From a virus, in the IMG/VR virus record IMGVR_UViG_3300009081_000009, positions 1 through 64,000 of that record: a stretch of DNA of 64,000 bases; one strand, 5' to 3'. The notes under the pieces are model-generated. The model was not told the origin of the DNA. It saw only the letters and a list, made by a program, of their open reading frames with translations, and did no database searches. Shown here piece after piece: positions 1-9,752 of the stretch. How positions within the stretch are numbered: the stretch's first letter is position 1; each line of letters begins with the position of its first letter. Position numbers and translations under genes: made by a program.

Positions 1-1
1 A

Positions 2-454
2 AGTGATGCAACGACTGGTGTTATATTTGTTCATATAGAAAAACAATTTGCAGTTGAAGATTTATATAACGTTAATATAACAAATCCAATTCAAGGCGAC
101 TCATTAATTTATGAGAATAATCGTTGGTTAAATCGAAATTTTGGTTCTATTACAAAGGAATCAACCGGATTTGTGGTTCCAGAAAATGTTACAGTTACAT
201 ATAATAGCACTGCTAGAACCATTACATTAACTGGAAGTGATATCAGTGCATATTGGAGAAGTAATGCAACCCCATTAACAGGAACTACATGGACATCAGA
301 TCCGCATCCCGCTGGAGTTACAACTCCTCAATTTCTATATTATAACGGAACTGCATTTGTATGGTCTTCAATACCATGGAGTTTCAGCGATCTTCACATA
401 GCATATGTTGGATTTGCATCAACTGGAACTTATACAGGATCACTAAGAGAATGA
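2..454 (+). CDS. Tail/structural protein, 5'-truncated; N-terminal part of a frame that continues past TGA 452-454 into 464-2029
   Basis: Frame is open from position 2 (SDATTGVIFVHIEKQF...GSLRE*); same frame as ORF 464-2029, with only CAC GGA ACA between the TGA and the next ATG. Confidence 0.7.
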   Translation, partial: SDATTGVIFVHIEKQFAVEDLYNVNITNPIQGDSLIYENNRWLNRNFGSITKESTGFVVPENVTVTYNSTARTITLTGSDISAYWRSNATPLTGTTWTSDPHPAGVTTPQFLYYNGTAFVWSSIPWSFSDLHIAYVGFASTGTYTGSLRE

Positions 455-463
455 CACGGAACA

Positions 464-2029
464 ATGCAATGGCAAGTTCATAGAGAATTACATAATACAG
501 TAGGATGCTATCTTGGTGGTGGTGGTGATGTGACTAGTTATGTATTAAATTCAACCACAGCAATAGACAGAAGACCTGATATAATACAAACTATTTTATT
601 TGATGAAGATTTACAAACTACAAATTCTGCATTAACTACTAAATTATACAGCCAAATATATTTAAGTGGTGCTGGTTCTACACGAACTTATATTGACAAT
701 GCAAGCGATATAATTCCATTAAGTGGATCTCAACCATATTGGAATGAATATACAGGTGGTGCATGGACACAATCATTAATACCAAATAATGAATATGCAT
801 GTATTTTTATAGTGGCTGCACCAACAGCATCCGATACAGTATCACAACTTCATAGATACGTATTTGTTCAACCACAAACTCATTTTTCAACTTTAAGTGC
901 AGCTCAGAATTATGCATCAAATAGTATAGATTTTGGTGATGCAACAACATTAGCACCTGAATTCAATTTTATCGGAAAAATAATTATTAGGTATACGGGT
1001 GGTGATTGGTCGATAACCGAAGTTAGTAAGTTAACTGGAAGTAAAATAACTCAAACAGTATCATCTGGACAAATTGGAAATCAAGGTTATCAAGGTAATC
1101 AGGGTAATCAAGGTGCGTCTGTAACCGGATCACAGGGCAATCAAGGTAATCAAGGTAATCAAGGCAGACAAGGCAATCAAGGTGCTTCAGTTACTGGATC
1201 ACAAGGTAATCAGGGTAATCAAGGTAATCAAGGTAATCAAGGTAATCAAGGTGTGTCAGTTACTGGATCACAGGGAAACCAAGGTAATCAAGGTAATCAA
1301 GGTGTGTCAGTTACTGGATCACAAGGTAATCAGGGTAATCAAGGTAATCAAGGTAATCAAGGTGCGTCTGTAACCGGATCACAGGGCAACCAAGGTAATC
1401 AAGGTAATCAAGGTGTGTCAGTTACTGGATCACAAGGCAACCAAGGTAATCAGGGTAATCAAGGTGCTTCAGTTACTGGATCACAAGGTAATCAAGGCAA
1501 TCAGGGTAATCAGGGTGCATCCAATACGACTACGTTTTATCAACATAGCGCAATGATGGGAAGTGCAACTGGTACAATTGGATATTATTCCATACATCCA
1601 CAACTAGCAAATCCATTTGAAAATGCTATAACAACCGCAGGTGATTCATATAATAATGGTAAATTAAATCCGTTTATTATGCCATTTGCATGGAAATTAA
1701 CTGAATTACATGTATCTGTTGGTCATTGTGCAGTTGCTCAATCTACAGCAGCAGCTAACCCAACTATGAGAATCGAATTTTTCTCTCATACAGGAACCAG
1801 TAGAACCTCATTAGGCTCAATTGATGTTCCTCTCAATGGAGCAAACTGTGGCGTATTTAATAATTTAGGATCTGATAATTTTCAGACGGCATCTGTAACG
1901 AATATAACAACTATATCAGGCAGTTTACGAGATTTAATAGGATGGCAATTCACTAACAGAGGAGCCAGTAATGATCAAATAAATGCGATAGCGCAATCAA
2001 CTTTAAAAATAAAAATTGAGAAGGTATAA
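464..2029 (+). CDS. Tail fibre-like protein with collagen-like Gly-X-Gln repeats
   Basis: Long (GNQ)n tract interrupted by GASVT/GVSVT; Ser/Thr/Gly-rich flanks; sits among structural genes. Confidence 0.65.
   Translation: MQWQVHRELHNTVGCYLGGGGDVTSYVLNSTTAIDRRPDIIQTILFDEDLQTTNSALTTKLYSQIYLSGAGSTRTYIDNASDIIPLSGSQPYWNEYTGGAWTQSLIPNNEYACIFIVAAPTASDTVSQLHRYVFVQPQTHFSTLSAAQNYASNSIDFGDATTLAPEFNFIGKIIIRYTGGDWSITEVSKLTGSKITQTVSSGQIGNQGYQGNQGNQGASVTGSQGNQGNQGNQGRQGNQGASVTGSQGNQGNQGNQGNQGNQGVSVTGSQGNQGNQGNQGVSVTGSQGNQGNQGNQGNQGASVTGSQGNQGNQGNQGVSVTGSQGNQGNQGNQGASVTGSQGNQGNQGNQGASNTTTFYQHSAMMGSATGTIGYYSIHPQLANPFENAITTAGDSYNNGKLNPFIMPFAWKLTELHVSVGHCAVAQSTAAANPTMRIEFFSHTGTSRTSLGSIDVPLNGANCGVFNNLGSDNFQTASVTNITTISGSLRDLIGWQFTNRGASNDQINAIAQSTLKIKIEKV
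1067..1516 (+). repeat. Collagen-like tandem repeat (GGTAATCAA)n with G(A/V)SVT spacers
   Basis: Direct 9-nt tandem repeats encoding GNQ. Confidence 0.95.
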
Positions 2030-2037
2030 AAATACGT

Positions 2038-3453
2038 ATGAGTAAAATATTATTCAATCGAATTCAAAATATAAGCGAAAATTCTATTACAGTTGCTGGT
2101 GATACAGTTACAACGGGATCATTTTTATATGTTTGCAAAAATCCAAAATATTTTGCTAATTATATGAGTGATCTAACTAGCTTATATACACAGGGACTTA
2201 TAAGTATTTATGATAATGCTAATAGCACAATCACATCAAATAATGTATGGGATAGTATAGATTATAACGTTCAAATTTCCAATAATCCAACTGTGGATAC
2301 AACAAACAATCCAGTTGTTATATCGGTAGATACTACATTAAATGGATATGAAAACGGTATTATTTGCGTCCCAAATAAAACATTGGAAATAACATTACCT
2401 GCAATAAATACATTAACATCATATAAAGCAACCACAATAAAAAACGCTTCAAGTTATCCAGTTAATATAAATACATCAGGAAGCGACACATTTGACGGAA
2501 CTGCTACTATACTAACATTAAATCCATTTGATGCAACAACAATAATACCAAATGCTGCCTTATCAGCATGGATGAAAATTGTATCTACGGGATCACAAGG
2601 TAATCAAGGAGCTGGATCACAGGGTAATCAGGGCTATCAGGGTGATTGTTCTGTGATATATGATGCAGTTGCTACATCCGAAGCTGAATTCGTTTCTGCA
2701 TTAACATCCAGTACAGTAATTTCAATATATGTTAAATTACCATCAGGGGGCGAATGGACATTAGGCACAGCAGTGCCCTCAGTCACACTTGGATCATCAA
2801 AACGAATATATGGTGAAGCATTCTATATGAATGCTGTTACATTGAATTTAAATACATTTACAATTCGATTCCGAAATGACAAAATAGACGTTACGACAGG
2901 TGCTACGTCTATTACAGGAACTGGTCAACTATACATAAAGAAAATTAATATTCAAAGTGGTGGTACTATAACTGGACTGGCGGGTACTTCATATTATGAA
3001 AATACCACAACACCAGCCAACGTAACAAATTTCACCCAACAATTCTGGGATAATCCCATCAGAACAACTACATCAATAGCAGATGGGCAGGTATTAGCAT
3101 ATAGTGCATCCACCGGAGCATGGACTCCAACAAGTTCAGTTACTGGATCTCAAGGAAACCAAGGTAATCAAGGTAATCAAGGTGCATCAGTTACTGGATC
3201 TCAAGGAAACCAAGGTAATCAAGGCAGACAAGGTAATCAAGGTGCATCAGTTACTGGATCACAGGGTAATCAGGGTAATCAGGGTAATCAAGGAACTGGA
3301 TCTCAAGGTAATCAAGGTGCTCAAGGTGCTCAAGGAACTGGCCCCATTGGAAATGTATCAGGTACTAACGTAGTTACTAGTATTGAAGTTGTTAGTGTAA
3401 TACCAGATGTTGGTGCTAGAGTTTCGGGTAGATTATATTTCCTAATTGGATGA
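2038..3453 (+). CDS. Second tail fibre-like protein with collagen-like GNQ repeats
   Basis: ITLPA...TIKNAS module typical of phage fibre proteins; GNQ tracts at about 2590-2643 and 3145-3336. Confidence 0.6.
   Translation: MSKILFNRIQNISENSITVAGDTVTTGSFLYVCKNPKYFANYMSDLTSLYTQGLISIYDNANSTITSNNVWDSIDYNVQISNNPTVDTTNNPVVISVDTTLNGYENGIICVPNKTLEITLPAINTLTSYKATTIKNASSYPVNINTSGSDTFDGTATILTLNPFDATTIIPNAALSAWMKIVSTGSQGNQGAGSQGNQGYQGDCSVIYDAVATSEAEFVSALTSSTVISIYVKLPSGGEWTLGTAVPSVTLGSSKRIYGEAFYMNAVTLNLNTFTIRFRNDKIDVTTGATSITGTGQLYIKKINIQSGGTITGLAGTSYYENTTTPANVTNFTQQFWDNPIRTTTSIADGQVLAYSASTGAWTPTSSVTGSQGNQGNQGNQGASVTGSQGNQGNQGRQGNQGASVTGSQGNQGNQGNQGTGSQGNQGAQGAQGTGPIGNVSGTNVVTSIEVVSVIPDVGARVSGRLYFLIG
3145..3336 (+). 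repeat. Collagen-like GNQ/GASVT repeat, near-identical at DNA level to the repeat in the upstream gene
   Basis: Shares units such as TCAGTTACTGGATC and CAAGGTAATCAAGGCAGACAAGG with 1067-1516. Confidence 0.9.
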
Positions 3454-3457
3454 GTTT

Positions 3458-4042
3458 ATGGCTAATACAAGTAATATAGCAATCAATTCAATATCAGCCA
3501 TTTCTGATATTGGCATTAATACGGTAAATATGATAGAAGCATATCACTGGAATGGAACCGATTTGAATTTAGTATGGCAAAAAGGTGGATCATCGGATAC
3601 ATGGGTGACATATACAGATGGTTATGTGTTTTTAGCTGAATATACCCCATCAGTTAATATGGAAGTTAGTTCGTTTAAGATGATTCAAAATAAAAATACA
3701 CCCGTGTATAATTATTTCCATGGTATATATGTAAAATCAACATTAGCACCCGTATCTAATTCAGTTATTGTAGGGATGGAGGGTGTCAGCATAGTTGCCG
3801 ATGGTACGTATTTGGGGGAAAATAAATATATACACACATCTACATATTCTACGGGTTCATACCCATCATTAACCGCTGGTGTTACATATTATTTTGGATG
3901 TGCGGAACGTTATGCTGCATATAAAATATTAAGTGGATCTAATGTGGCTGTTAATGTAGCTGGGTGGTCGATTGGTAATAATCCTATACAAACCCCAGTA
4001 TCGGTAGCAACCCCAATTTATTTAGAGGTGACAGCCGTATGA
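3458..4042 (+). CDS. Hypothetical structural (fibre-associated) protein
   Basis: ATG 3458 follows the upstream stop; ATGA overlap with next gene. Confidence 0.55.
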   Translation: MANTSNIAINSISAISDIGINTVNMIEAYHWNGTDLNLVWQKGGSSDTWVTYTDGYVFLAEYTPSVNMEVSSFKMIQNKNTPVYNYFHGIYVKSTLAPVSNSVIVGMEGVSIVADGTYLGENKYIHTSTYSTGSYPSLTAGVTYYFGCAERYAAYKILSGSNVAVNVAGWSIGNNPIQTPVSVATPIYLEVTAV

Positions 4043-4647
4043 TTTATCTAGTAAGAAATTCAATGAATTACGTAATTGGCGTATTTGACACAATAGCTTT
4101 AGCTAAAACGTATTTATCCAGTATTGGAGTAACTACATATGAAGACTTTTCATATTTAATGAGGATCGAAGATATGACTTATGCAAGTAGAATATGTTAT
4201 GTAGATGGTATTTGTATATATAACAATAAAAATTTTTGGTTAAATACATCCAATACTATATATGATAATTATGAGTCTCATACGGTAACTGATTTCATGA
4301 ATAAAATTGTGTATAAAGATCAATTTAAACAAGAAATGAACCGAAATTCAATGAGATTAAATAATATTTATACTACATCGGATGAAGTTAATTATAACAT
4401 AGACATCGGATTTGAATTTATTACCTTATTTAGAGAAGAATGCGTTAACGCAGATTTGGGATCATTAAATGGATTATCTATTGCATCAAAAACTGCTAAT
4501 TTAATACCATTAATAATGACTGGTTCATTCAAGGAATCATTAACAGTATTATCTACATATACAACAGATGAATATTTCACAACAGAACGATTATCTAAAT
4601 ATAAAGCAATGATAGCATCGGCTGATGTAATAACATATCAGAGATAG
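4039..4647 (+). CDS. Hypothetical protein (possible fibre assembly factor)
   Basis: 202-aa ORF translationally coupled to upstream gene. Confidence 0.5.
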   Translation: MIYLVRNSMNYVIGVFDTIALAKTYLSSIGVTTYEDFSYLMRIEDMTYASRICYVDGICIYNNKNFWLNTSNTIYDNYESHTVTDFMNKIVYKDQFKQEMNRNSMRLNNIYTTSDEVNYNIDIGFEFITLFREECVNADLGSLNGLSIASKTANLIPLIMTGSFKESLTVLSTYTTDEYFTTERLSKYKAMIASADVITYQR

Positions 4648-4657
4648 AGGTAGTATT

Positions 4658-5125
4658 ATGAATGCACATATTGTATTAATAATGGGTAGCTTACAATATA
4701 AAGGCACTGGAATAATATCATCATTCAATGGACTTGAATTAGTTGAATTAACTAATGATATTAATTATTTAGTTAAATATAATAACAGTGATGAGATGTT
4801 TACTATAACAGTACCAAAAGGATTTATCACTGATTTTGGTACTGTTCCTAAATGGGCACAGTGTATGATAAATCCCAAAGGACAAGGTACATTAGCTTAT
4901 ATACTACATGACTGGCTATGTATTACCAATATATATAAAAGAAGTACGACAGATAAATTTCTATACCTCGCTCTTGATTATTGTGGAGTTTCATATAATA
5001 AACGAATAATAACTTATATAGCAGTTCGACTTTATTATATAATAACTAATAGAATTTTAGATATTAATATAAAAACTGCATTAGATTCATTAGATGCAAA
5101 ATTCAAAATAAAAAAGACCGATTAA
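4658..5125 (+). CDS. DUF1353-family protein
   Basis: Motifs VPKGFITDFGTVP and AYILHDWL typical of DUF1353; GAGG SD. Confidence 0.75.
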   Translation: MNAHIVLIMGSLQYKGTGIISSFNGLELVELTNDINYLVKYNNSDEMFTITVPKGFITDFGTVPKWAQCMINPKGQGTLAYILHDWLCITNIYKRSTTDKFLYLALDYCGVSYNKRIITYIAVRLYYIITNRILDINIKTALDSLDAKFKIKKTD

Positions 5126-5141
5126 CTCGGTCTTTTCTTTT
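5110..5141. terminator. Bidirectional intrinsic terminator
   Basis: AAAAGACCGA-ttaac-TCGGTCTTTT hairpin between convergent genes. Confidence 0.8.
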
Positions 5142-5610
5142 ATATTTTTATTTGTTTATCGTAGTCTTTTTGTGTTATTGGTTTAGATCCAATTGCAGTT
5201 GCTGTATTATTTAACGTCCATCCCTGTGTTTTAAATGCGTTTAATATTTTATCAACAGTCATTTCAGTCTTTTCATCAACTTCTTTAGCAACTTCTTCCT
5301 TTCCTTTATCATCAAATCGATCATTATAATCATATTCCATACGATTATAATTTCTATGTTCGGGACGACCCGGAGTTCCATACAAAGGATCTTCGGTTAC
5401 GAATTCATCCTGAATTTTAGCTAATTTTTTAAAATCATGATTATGGAATTGCTTATATGCTCTGTCGGTAAAGTCATCACTTTCCTCACCAACATCACCA
5501 ATACGTTTCAAATTTCTCTGAACGTCTGAAAAGAAATCTCTATATTCATGCTTAACATTAAAGTTAGCTTGTCCATTTAACATGGTCGAAGGAATGCTAC
5601 TACTGCTCAT
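5140..5610 (-). CDS. Hypothetical late protein
   Basis: 156-aa ORF preceded by TATAAACT (5632-5639, minus) and AGGT SD. Confidence 0.6.
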   Translation of the reverse strand: MSSSSIPSTMLNGQANFNVKHEYRDFFSDVQRNLKRIGDVGEESDDFTDRAYKQFHNHDFKKLAKIQDEFVTEDPLYGTPGRPEHRNYNRMEYDYNDRFDDKGKEEVAKEVDEKTEMTVDKILNAFKTQGWTLNNTATAIGSKPITQKDYDKQIKI

Positions 5611-5646
5611 ATACTAAACCTATTTATTATAAGTTTATATAAATCC

Positions 5647-6279
5647 CTATTTCATTTTTTCAAGTATAGCAATGTATGCATCCAATGCTTTAATAATAGG
5701 GGCTGCTATATTAGTAAGTTTAGGAGCATATTCCTTTTTTGACTCAGGAATCCACGCATTTACATTTCTCAATGATGTTAATGTATTTTTCATATTCATC
5801 ACAGTCGAATCTATGGGTGCTTTATTAGACGCTGGTTTAGTAGTGTTTAATGGTGCTGGTGCATTAGATGGTCTTCCTTGATTTGGTGCATCGCTGCATA
5901 CAACATCAGCTAAATTACCTAATTTAGACAATACATCATTAAATTCATTTCTTTTTGCTGGTGCTGCGTCAAAGTTTGGTGTTTTTGGTATATTTAATGC
6001 GCTCTGTACTGTTTGTCTAATTTTATTAGTTGCGTCAGCATCAGGCTTTGCCTTATACTTATCCAAATTATTCATATCAACAAATCCCTCAGTTAATGGT
6101 TTCATTGGAATTTGAGGACGCTCATATTGTTTTGAGTTTGGCATCATTGGTGTATATGGCATGTCACCAATATCATCATCAGGATTATATTCTTCGGCAT
6201 CTGGTGGCAACTCAACAAATCTCTGTTGTTGTTCTACTACTGAATCGGGTTGAATGTTATTTAAATCGTTAATATTCAT
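5647..6279 (-). CDS. Hypothetical late protein (Pro-rich)
   Basis: 210-aa ORF preceded by TATAAACT (6304-6311, minus). Confidence 0.6.
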   Translation of the reverse strand: MNINDLNNIQPDSVVEQQQRFVELPPDAEEYNPDDDIGDMPYTPMMPNSKQYERPQIPMKPLTEGFVDMNNLDKYKAKPDADATNKIRQTVQSALNIPKTPNFDAAPAKRNEFNDVLSKLGNLADVVCSDAPNQGRPSNAPAPLNTTKPASNKAPIDSTVMNMKNTLTSLRNVNAWIPESKKEYAPKLTNIAAPIIKALDAYIAILEKMK

Positions 6280-6329
6280 AATTAATACCTTGATAGTTAC
6301 TCTAGTTTATAATATAGATTTTTATAAAT

Positions 6330-6362
6330 AAAAAAGAACCTTGGTTTTACCCAAGGTTCTTC
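6330..6362 (-). terminator. Intrinsic terminator after major capsid gene
   Basis: AAGAACCTTGG-loop-CCAAGGTTCTT hairpin followed by a T-run on the minus strand. Confidence 0.8.
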
Positions 6363-6405
6363 GTGTAGTTTCTAGTGTTATCTAGATAGCTATACTTATG
6401 GTTGA

Positions 6406-7812
6406 TTAGACCTCAGTATCGCCTTCTTGATTGCCGTTAGCGTCAAGACCAACACCACCCAAACCAGCTTCGCCATCGTAAGATGCGCCAGAGGTTTCCC
6501 ATGGGTATGAGTCGCGGTTAGACGAATCAATACCAAGGATTGCGTAGTTGATGTTCTTGAAGTTAATCAAGCGGTAGAACTGACCAGCACCGAGCAAGTT
6601 AGCTACGATTGCGTAACGTGACTTGACGATCAAGCGTGGAGAACCATCTTCCTGACCAGCAGTTTTTGTGAAGATGTATGGAATGTATGGCATAAAGATA
6701 ATGCCCGATTCACCCTGACGTGGGCCTTTATAGCCAACAAGAGCATAGGACTCTTCTGCGTAGATATCACGGTAAACCTTGATACCACCACCAATCAAAG
6801 AACCAGCTTCTGCAACACCGCCAGATGGCTGCATGTTCATTTTTCCGTCCATATAAGCAGTTGGAGTATAGATACCGTTATTAAGGGTAGATATAGCAGC
6901 AACAACGTCTGGAGAAGCGATAACCCAGTTACCAGAACCCATACGGGAAGTAACAGCGATCTTCTGAGCAACAGCGATAATCGTGTTAACGATACCACCA
7001 GCGATTCTTTCAGCAGCCCAACGACCGTCCATAGCCTTGGAAGTAGTGCTTGCAAGGTCAACTTCAAGTGCAGTTTCGCCACCCAAGCCCTTTGTAGTTG
7101 CAGCGAACTTCAAGGATGCAAGAATTTCACGGTCGATTTCCTGTTGGATCTCAAACTGAAGAGCTTCGAGCAATAGAGCCTCAATGTCCTGACCATGAAC
7201 AGCAGCCAAATCCTGCTGCAATTCAAGAGTATAATGTGACTTGATGGCACGAGTACCAACGATCACAGAACCCTTAATAACCTTAATAGAAGCTCTCTTA
7301 ATTGTGTTTCCACCAACAGTTGTGCCATCGGTATCAAATGTGTTAAGAGTTGTTCCATTTTCCATATAATTGGAAAGGAATTCACCTTCGGAAGTTGACC
7401 ATGGAGTTCCATTTCCCGGTTGTTTACCAGTATGGTCGGTATCAAGGTCGAAACCGATTTCTTTCTTCTGACCCTTACGGAAATCAGTAGTTTTTGTGGT
7501 GCCTTCGTACAAATAACGAAGTGCGAAATAAATACCCTGTGGAGTCGTGGTAGGAATAACAGCGATGGTGTTCATAGCTAACAACTCTGGGAACTGACGA
7601 CGAATCAGTGGAAGAGCATATTGCTGATAAACTTCAACATCTGCGGTTACGTTAGCAGATTCTGCAAGGAAACCCTTATTGAGCTTAACTTGGTTTTCCA
7701 ACAAAGTAGCAAGGACGGATGCCTCATTCTGACTTCTGATTGGAGCACCGATGTTGCTCTCAAGGACTGGTGCCCATTTCTGGACTAGACTTTTCTTCTG
7801 TATAGTTTTCAT
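6406..7812 (-). CDS. gp23: Major capsid protein (T4 gp23 family)
   Basis: KWAPVLE, LLENQ, LIRRQFPELLA, ELQQDLAAVHG, EIDREI, GYKG, PYIP, SRYA motifs; strong codon bias. Confidence 0.97.
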   Translation of the reverse strand: MKTIQKKSLVQKWAPVLESNIGAPIRSQNEASVLATLLENQVKLNKGFLAESANVTADVEVYQQYALPLIRRQFPELLAMNTIAVIPTTTPQGIYFALRYLYEGTTKTTDFRKGQKKEIGFDLDTDHTGKQPGNGTPWSTSEGEFLSNYMENGTTLNTFDTDGTTVGGNTIKRASIKVIKGSVIVGTRAIKSHYTLELQQDLAAVHGQDIEALLLEALQFEIQQEIDREILASLKFAATTKGLGGETALEVDLASTTSKAMDGRWAAERIAGGIVNTIIAVAQKIAVTSRMGSGNWVIASPDVVAAISTLNNGIYTPTAYMDGKMNMQPSGGVAEAGSLIGGGIKVYRDIYAEESYALVGYKGPRQGESGIIFMPYIPYIFTKTAGQEDGSPRLIVKSRYAIVANLLGAGQFYRLINFKNINYAILGIDSSNRDSYPWETSGASYDGEAGLGGVGLDANGNQEGDTEV

Positions 7813-7959
7813 TTTAAGTTACCTCTTGTAACATTGGTTTGGCTAAAATTTCAGCCTTCGAATATTGTTTATACAAGAGGAAAAACTTTTTTTATTTTTT
7901 TCGGAAAAACTACATTGAACCGCAAAAAACAGGCTTATATTGCTATGTAATATGCAATA

Positions 7960-8814
7960 TTAGCCGAATTTATTGAATCCAAGCCCTTTATATGTATCAA
8001 TCATACGTAGGGTGTCGCGAGTATCATTTTCCATTAATTCATCAGTTCCCATCGAAGCAGCTTCAATTAATGTTTCTGTACTAACGTCAGGACTGTGATT
8101 TACTTTGTGCTGTTTTAGTCCCTTTCCCAAACTTTCTAACTTAGGTGCTTTAGGAGTTGCAGTACCTGATACCTCGGCATTGATTTCATCCAATGCATCT
8201 TTAACTTGATCCAAATTAATTTCACCACTGAATTGATTATCTTCCGTGCTATCAGTAAATAATTCTGAGTGATCACCATCTAAAAAGTTAGCGATGGCAT
8301 CTTTATCAATTTCTCTAATATCTTTGTTCTTGAAAAATTCTATTGCAGCATCTACGATTTCAGGACGCATTCCCTTTGTTTCGTTCATTATCATAACTAA
8401 TTTAAGATTATCATTATATAAATCTTTAATCGCTTTACGTTCATCATATGCTTTCTGTAAACGTGTATCTGCTTCTTTCAAATCTTGTTGTAATTTTTTT
8501 GTAGCTTCTGTTGTAGGTATACCAGCGTCTTCGAGTAAATTAACCATTTCCTTTATTATCCCATAAAATTTTTTATTAATCATATCAGATGCGTTACCTC
8601 TGACGTTTTCAACTAAGACGCTACTAACTTTATTTTCAAATTTATTTGTAAGGTTTTCTACCAACGAATCAAATTTCTTAGAATTTTCCTTTTCTAAGGT
8701 ATCGATTTTATTATCAATACTTTCATTTATGGATCGTTCTATCTTAGACAATACCGTTGCTGGCATTGCTGATAGTTCAGTGTCATTCAAAAAATCCTTT
8801 AATTGTATAGCCAT
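7960..8814 (-). CDS. gp22: Prohead core scaffold protein (gp22-like)
   Basis: Coiled-coil acidic protein between protease and capsid genes, as in T4 synteny. Confidence 0.7.
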   Translation of the reverse strand: MAIQLKDFLNDTELSAMPATVLSKIERSINESIDNKIDTLEKENSKKFDSLVENLTNKFENKVSSVLVENVRGNASDMINKKFYGIIKEMVNLLEDAGIPTTEATKKLQQDLKEADTRLQKAYDERKAIKDLYNDNLKLVMIMNETKGMRPEIVDAAIEFFKNKDIREIDKDAIANFLDGDHSELFTDSTEDNQFSGEINLDQVKDALDEINAEVSGTATPKAPKLESLGKGLKQHKVNHSPDVSTETLIEAASMGTDELMENDTRDTLRMIDTYKGLGFNKFG

Positions 8815-8823
8815 ATTGTTACC

Positions 8824-9561
8824 TTACACCAAAAATTTGTTTTTATAACCAAGCATTGCACTTTCTAACGCAACCCGATCAAATTTATTATATCCAACTT
8901 TTAATTGACGATTCATCATGAATTCTATGCGACCACGCTCAACGCTTTCAGTCAATACCTTTAATGAGCTAGGAGCTACATTTTCAAATTTATGACTAAT
9001 TAATGCTTTATTATCAAATGATGGATTTCCAACCACATCAATAGTAATAAATCTATAATCATCAGCAACTTCGTAGTATCCTCTACTACTTTCAACCACA
9101 GATCCAGCTCCGCGAAGTGAATATCCGGGAACATATCCAATTTTCAATAAACCAGCTAAATTATGACCAGCATCTGTTTCTTCTGCCACAATCATCTTAC
9201 AGAACAATTTATTTCCATTAAAATAAAGCTCTTCAACACGTGCGCAGGTTTTCATTAAATTCATTTCAAATACTGAATAATCCTTTCCTTCACCATCTGC
9301 GGTTAATCTAGGATGATTCAATTCAGCAGCTAATCTTCCATAAGGAATCATATCTTTATTTAATCTAGCTACTTCAGCTTCCAAAATTCTCTTTGGATAT
9401 GATCTGCCGTTAATACCCGGAATATCGCATACTATAGCAGTACCAAAAATTTTCAAAAATTTAGTCTTTTTTCCAGTTATATCAACACCATCTTCTAGGA
9501 TAACACGAGCATCCTCAAAACATGGAGAACTAATCATATCTTCTTCATACTTCTTATACAT
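8824..9561 (-). CDS. gp21: Prohead protease (T4 gp21 family)
   Basis: NGRSYP, ELNHP, GYSLRGAGS, TIDVVGNPS motifs. Confidence 0.93.
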   Translation of the reverse strand: MYKKYEEDMISSPCFEDARVILEDGVDITGKKTKFLKIFGTAIVCDIPGINGRSYPKRILEAEVARLNKDMIPYGRLAAELNHPRLTADGEGKDYSVFEMNLMKTCARVEELYFNGNKLFCKMIVAEETDAGHNLAGLLKIGYVPGYSLRGAGSVVESSRGYYEVADDYRFITIDVVGNPSFDNKALISHKFENVAPSSLKVLTESVERGRIEFMMNRQLKVGYNKFDRVALESAMLGYKNKFLV

Positions 9562-9724
9562 GCGTGTCTCCCCTGAAACTTTCAGTAATTATTTGCATTA
9601 TATCTCTTTCTTTTTCTGGTATAATACTTTCAGACAATTCTCTAACAATACGATCTACTCGCTGATTATCATCAGCAAGCAAACCACTGATTATAGCTTT
9701 AATTTGCTTTTTTGTATTATTCAT
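9554..9724 (-). CDS. Small prohead core protein (gp67-like position), 56 aa, not in the ORF track
   Basis: MNNTKKQIKAIISGLLADDNQRVDRIVRELSESIIPEKERDIMQIITESFRGDTHV; between portal and protease; overlaps the gp21 start; TATAAACT 6 nt upstream. Confidence 0.7.
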   Translation of the reverse strand: MNNTKKQIKAIISGLLADDNQRVDRIVRELSESIIPEKERDIMQIITESFRGDTHV

Positions 9725-9752
9725 AGTATAAGTTTATAATTTTCAATATTTA

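Noticed and set aside
1182-1373. Alternative-frame ORFs (VIKVIKV...) here and at 3104-3373
   Set aside because: Shadow frames of the GGTAATCAA collagen repeat; no SD or independent signal.
1067-1516. CRISPR-like array
   Set aside because: Repeats are in-frame 9-nt coding units without unique spacers; the 22-bp repeat at 37694/37822 has only two copies.
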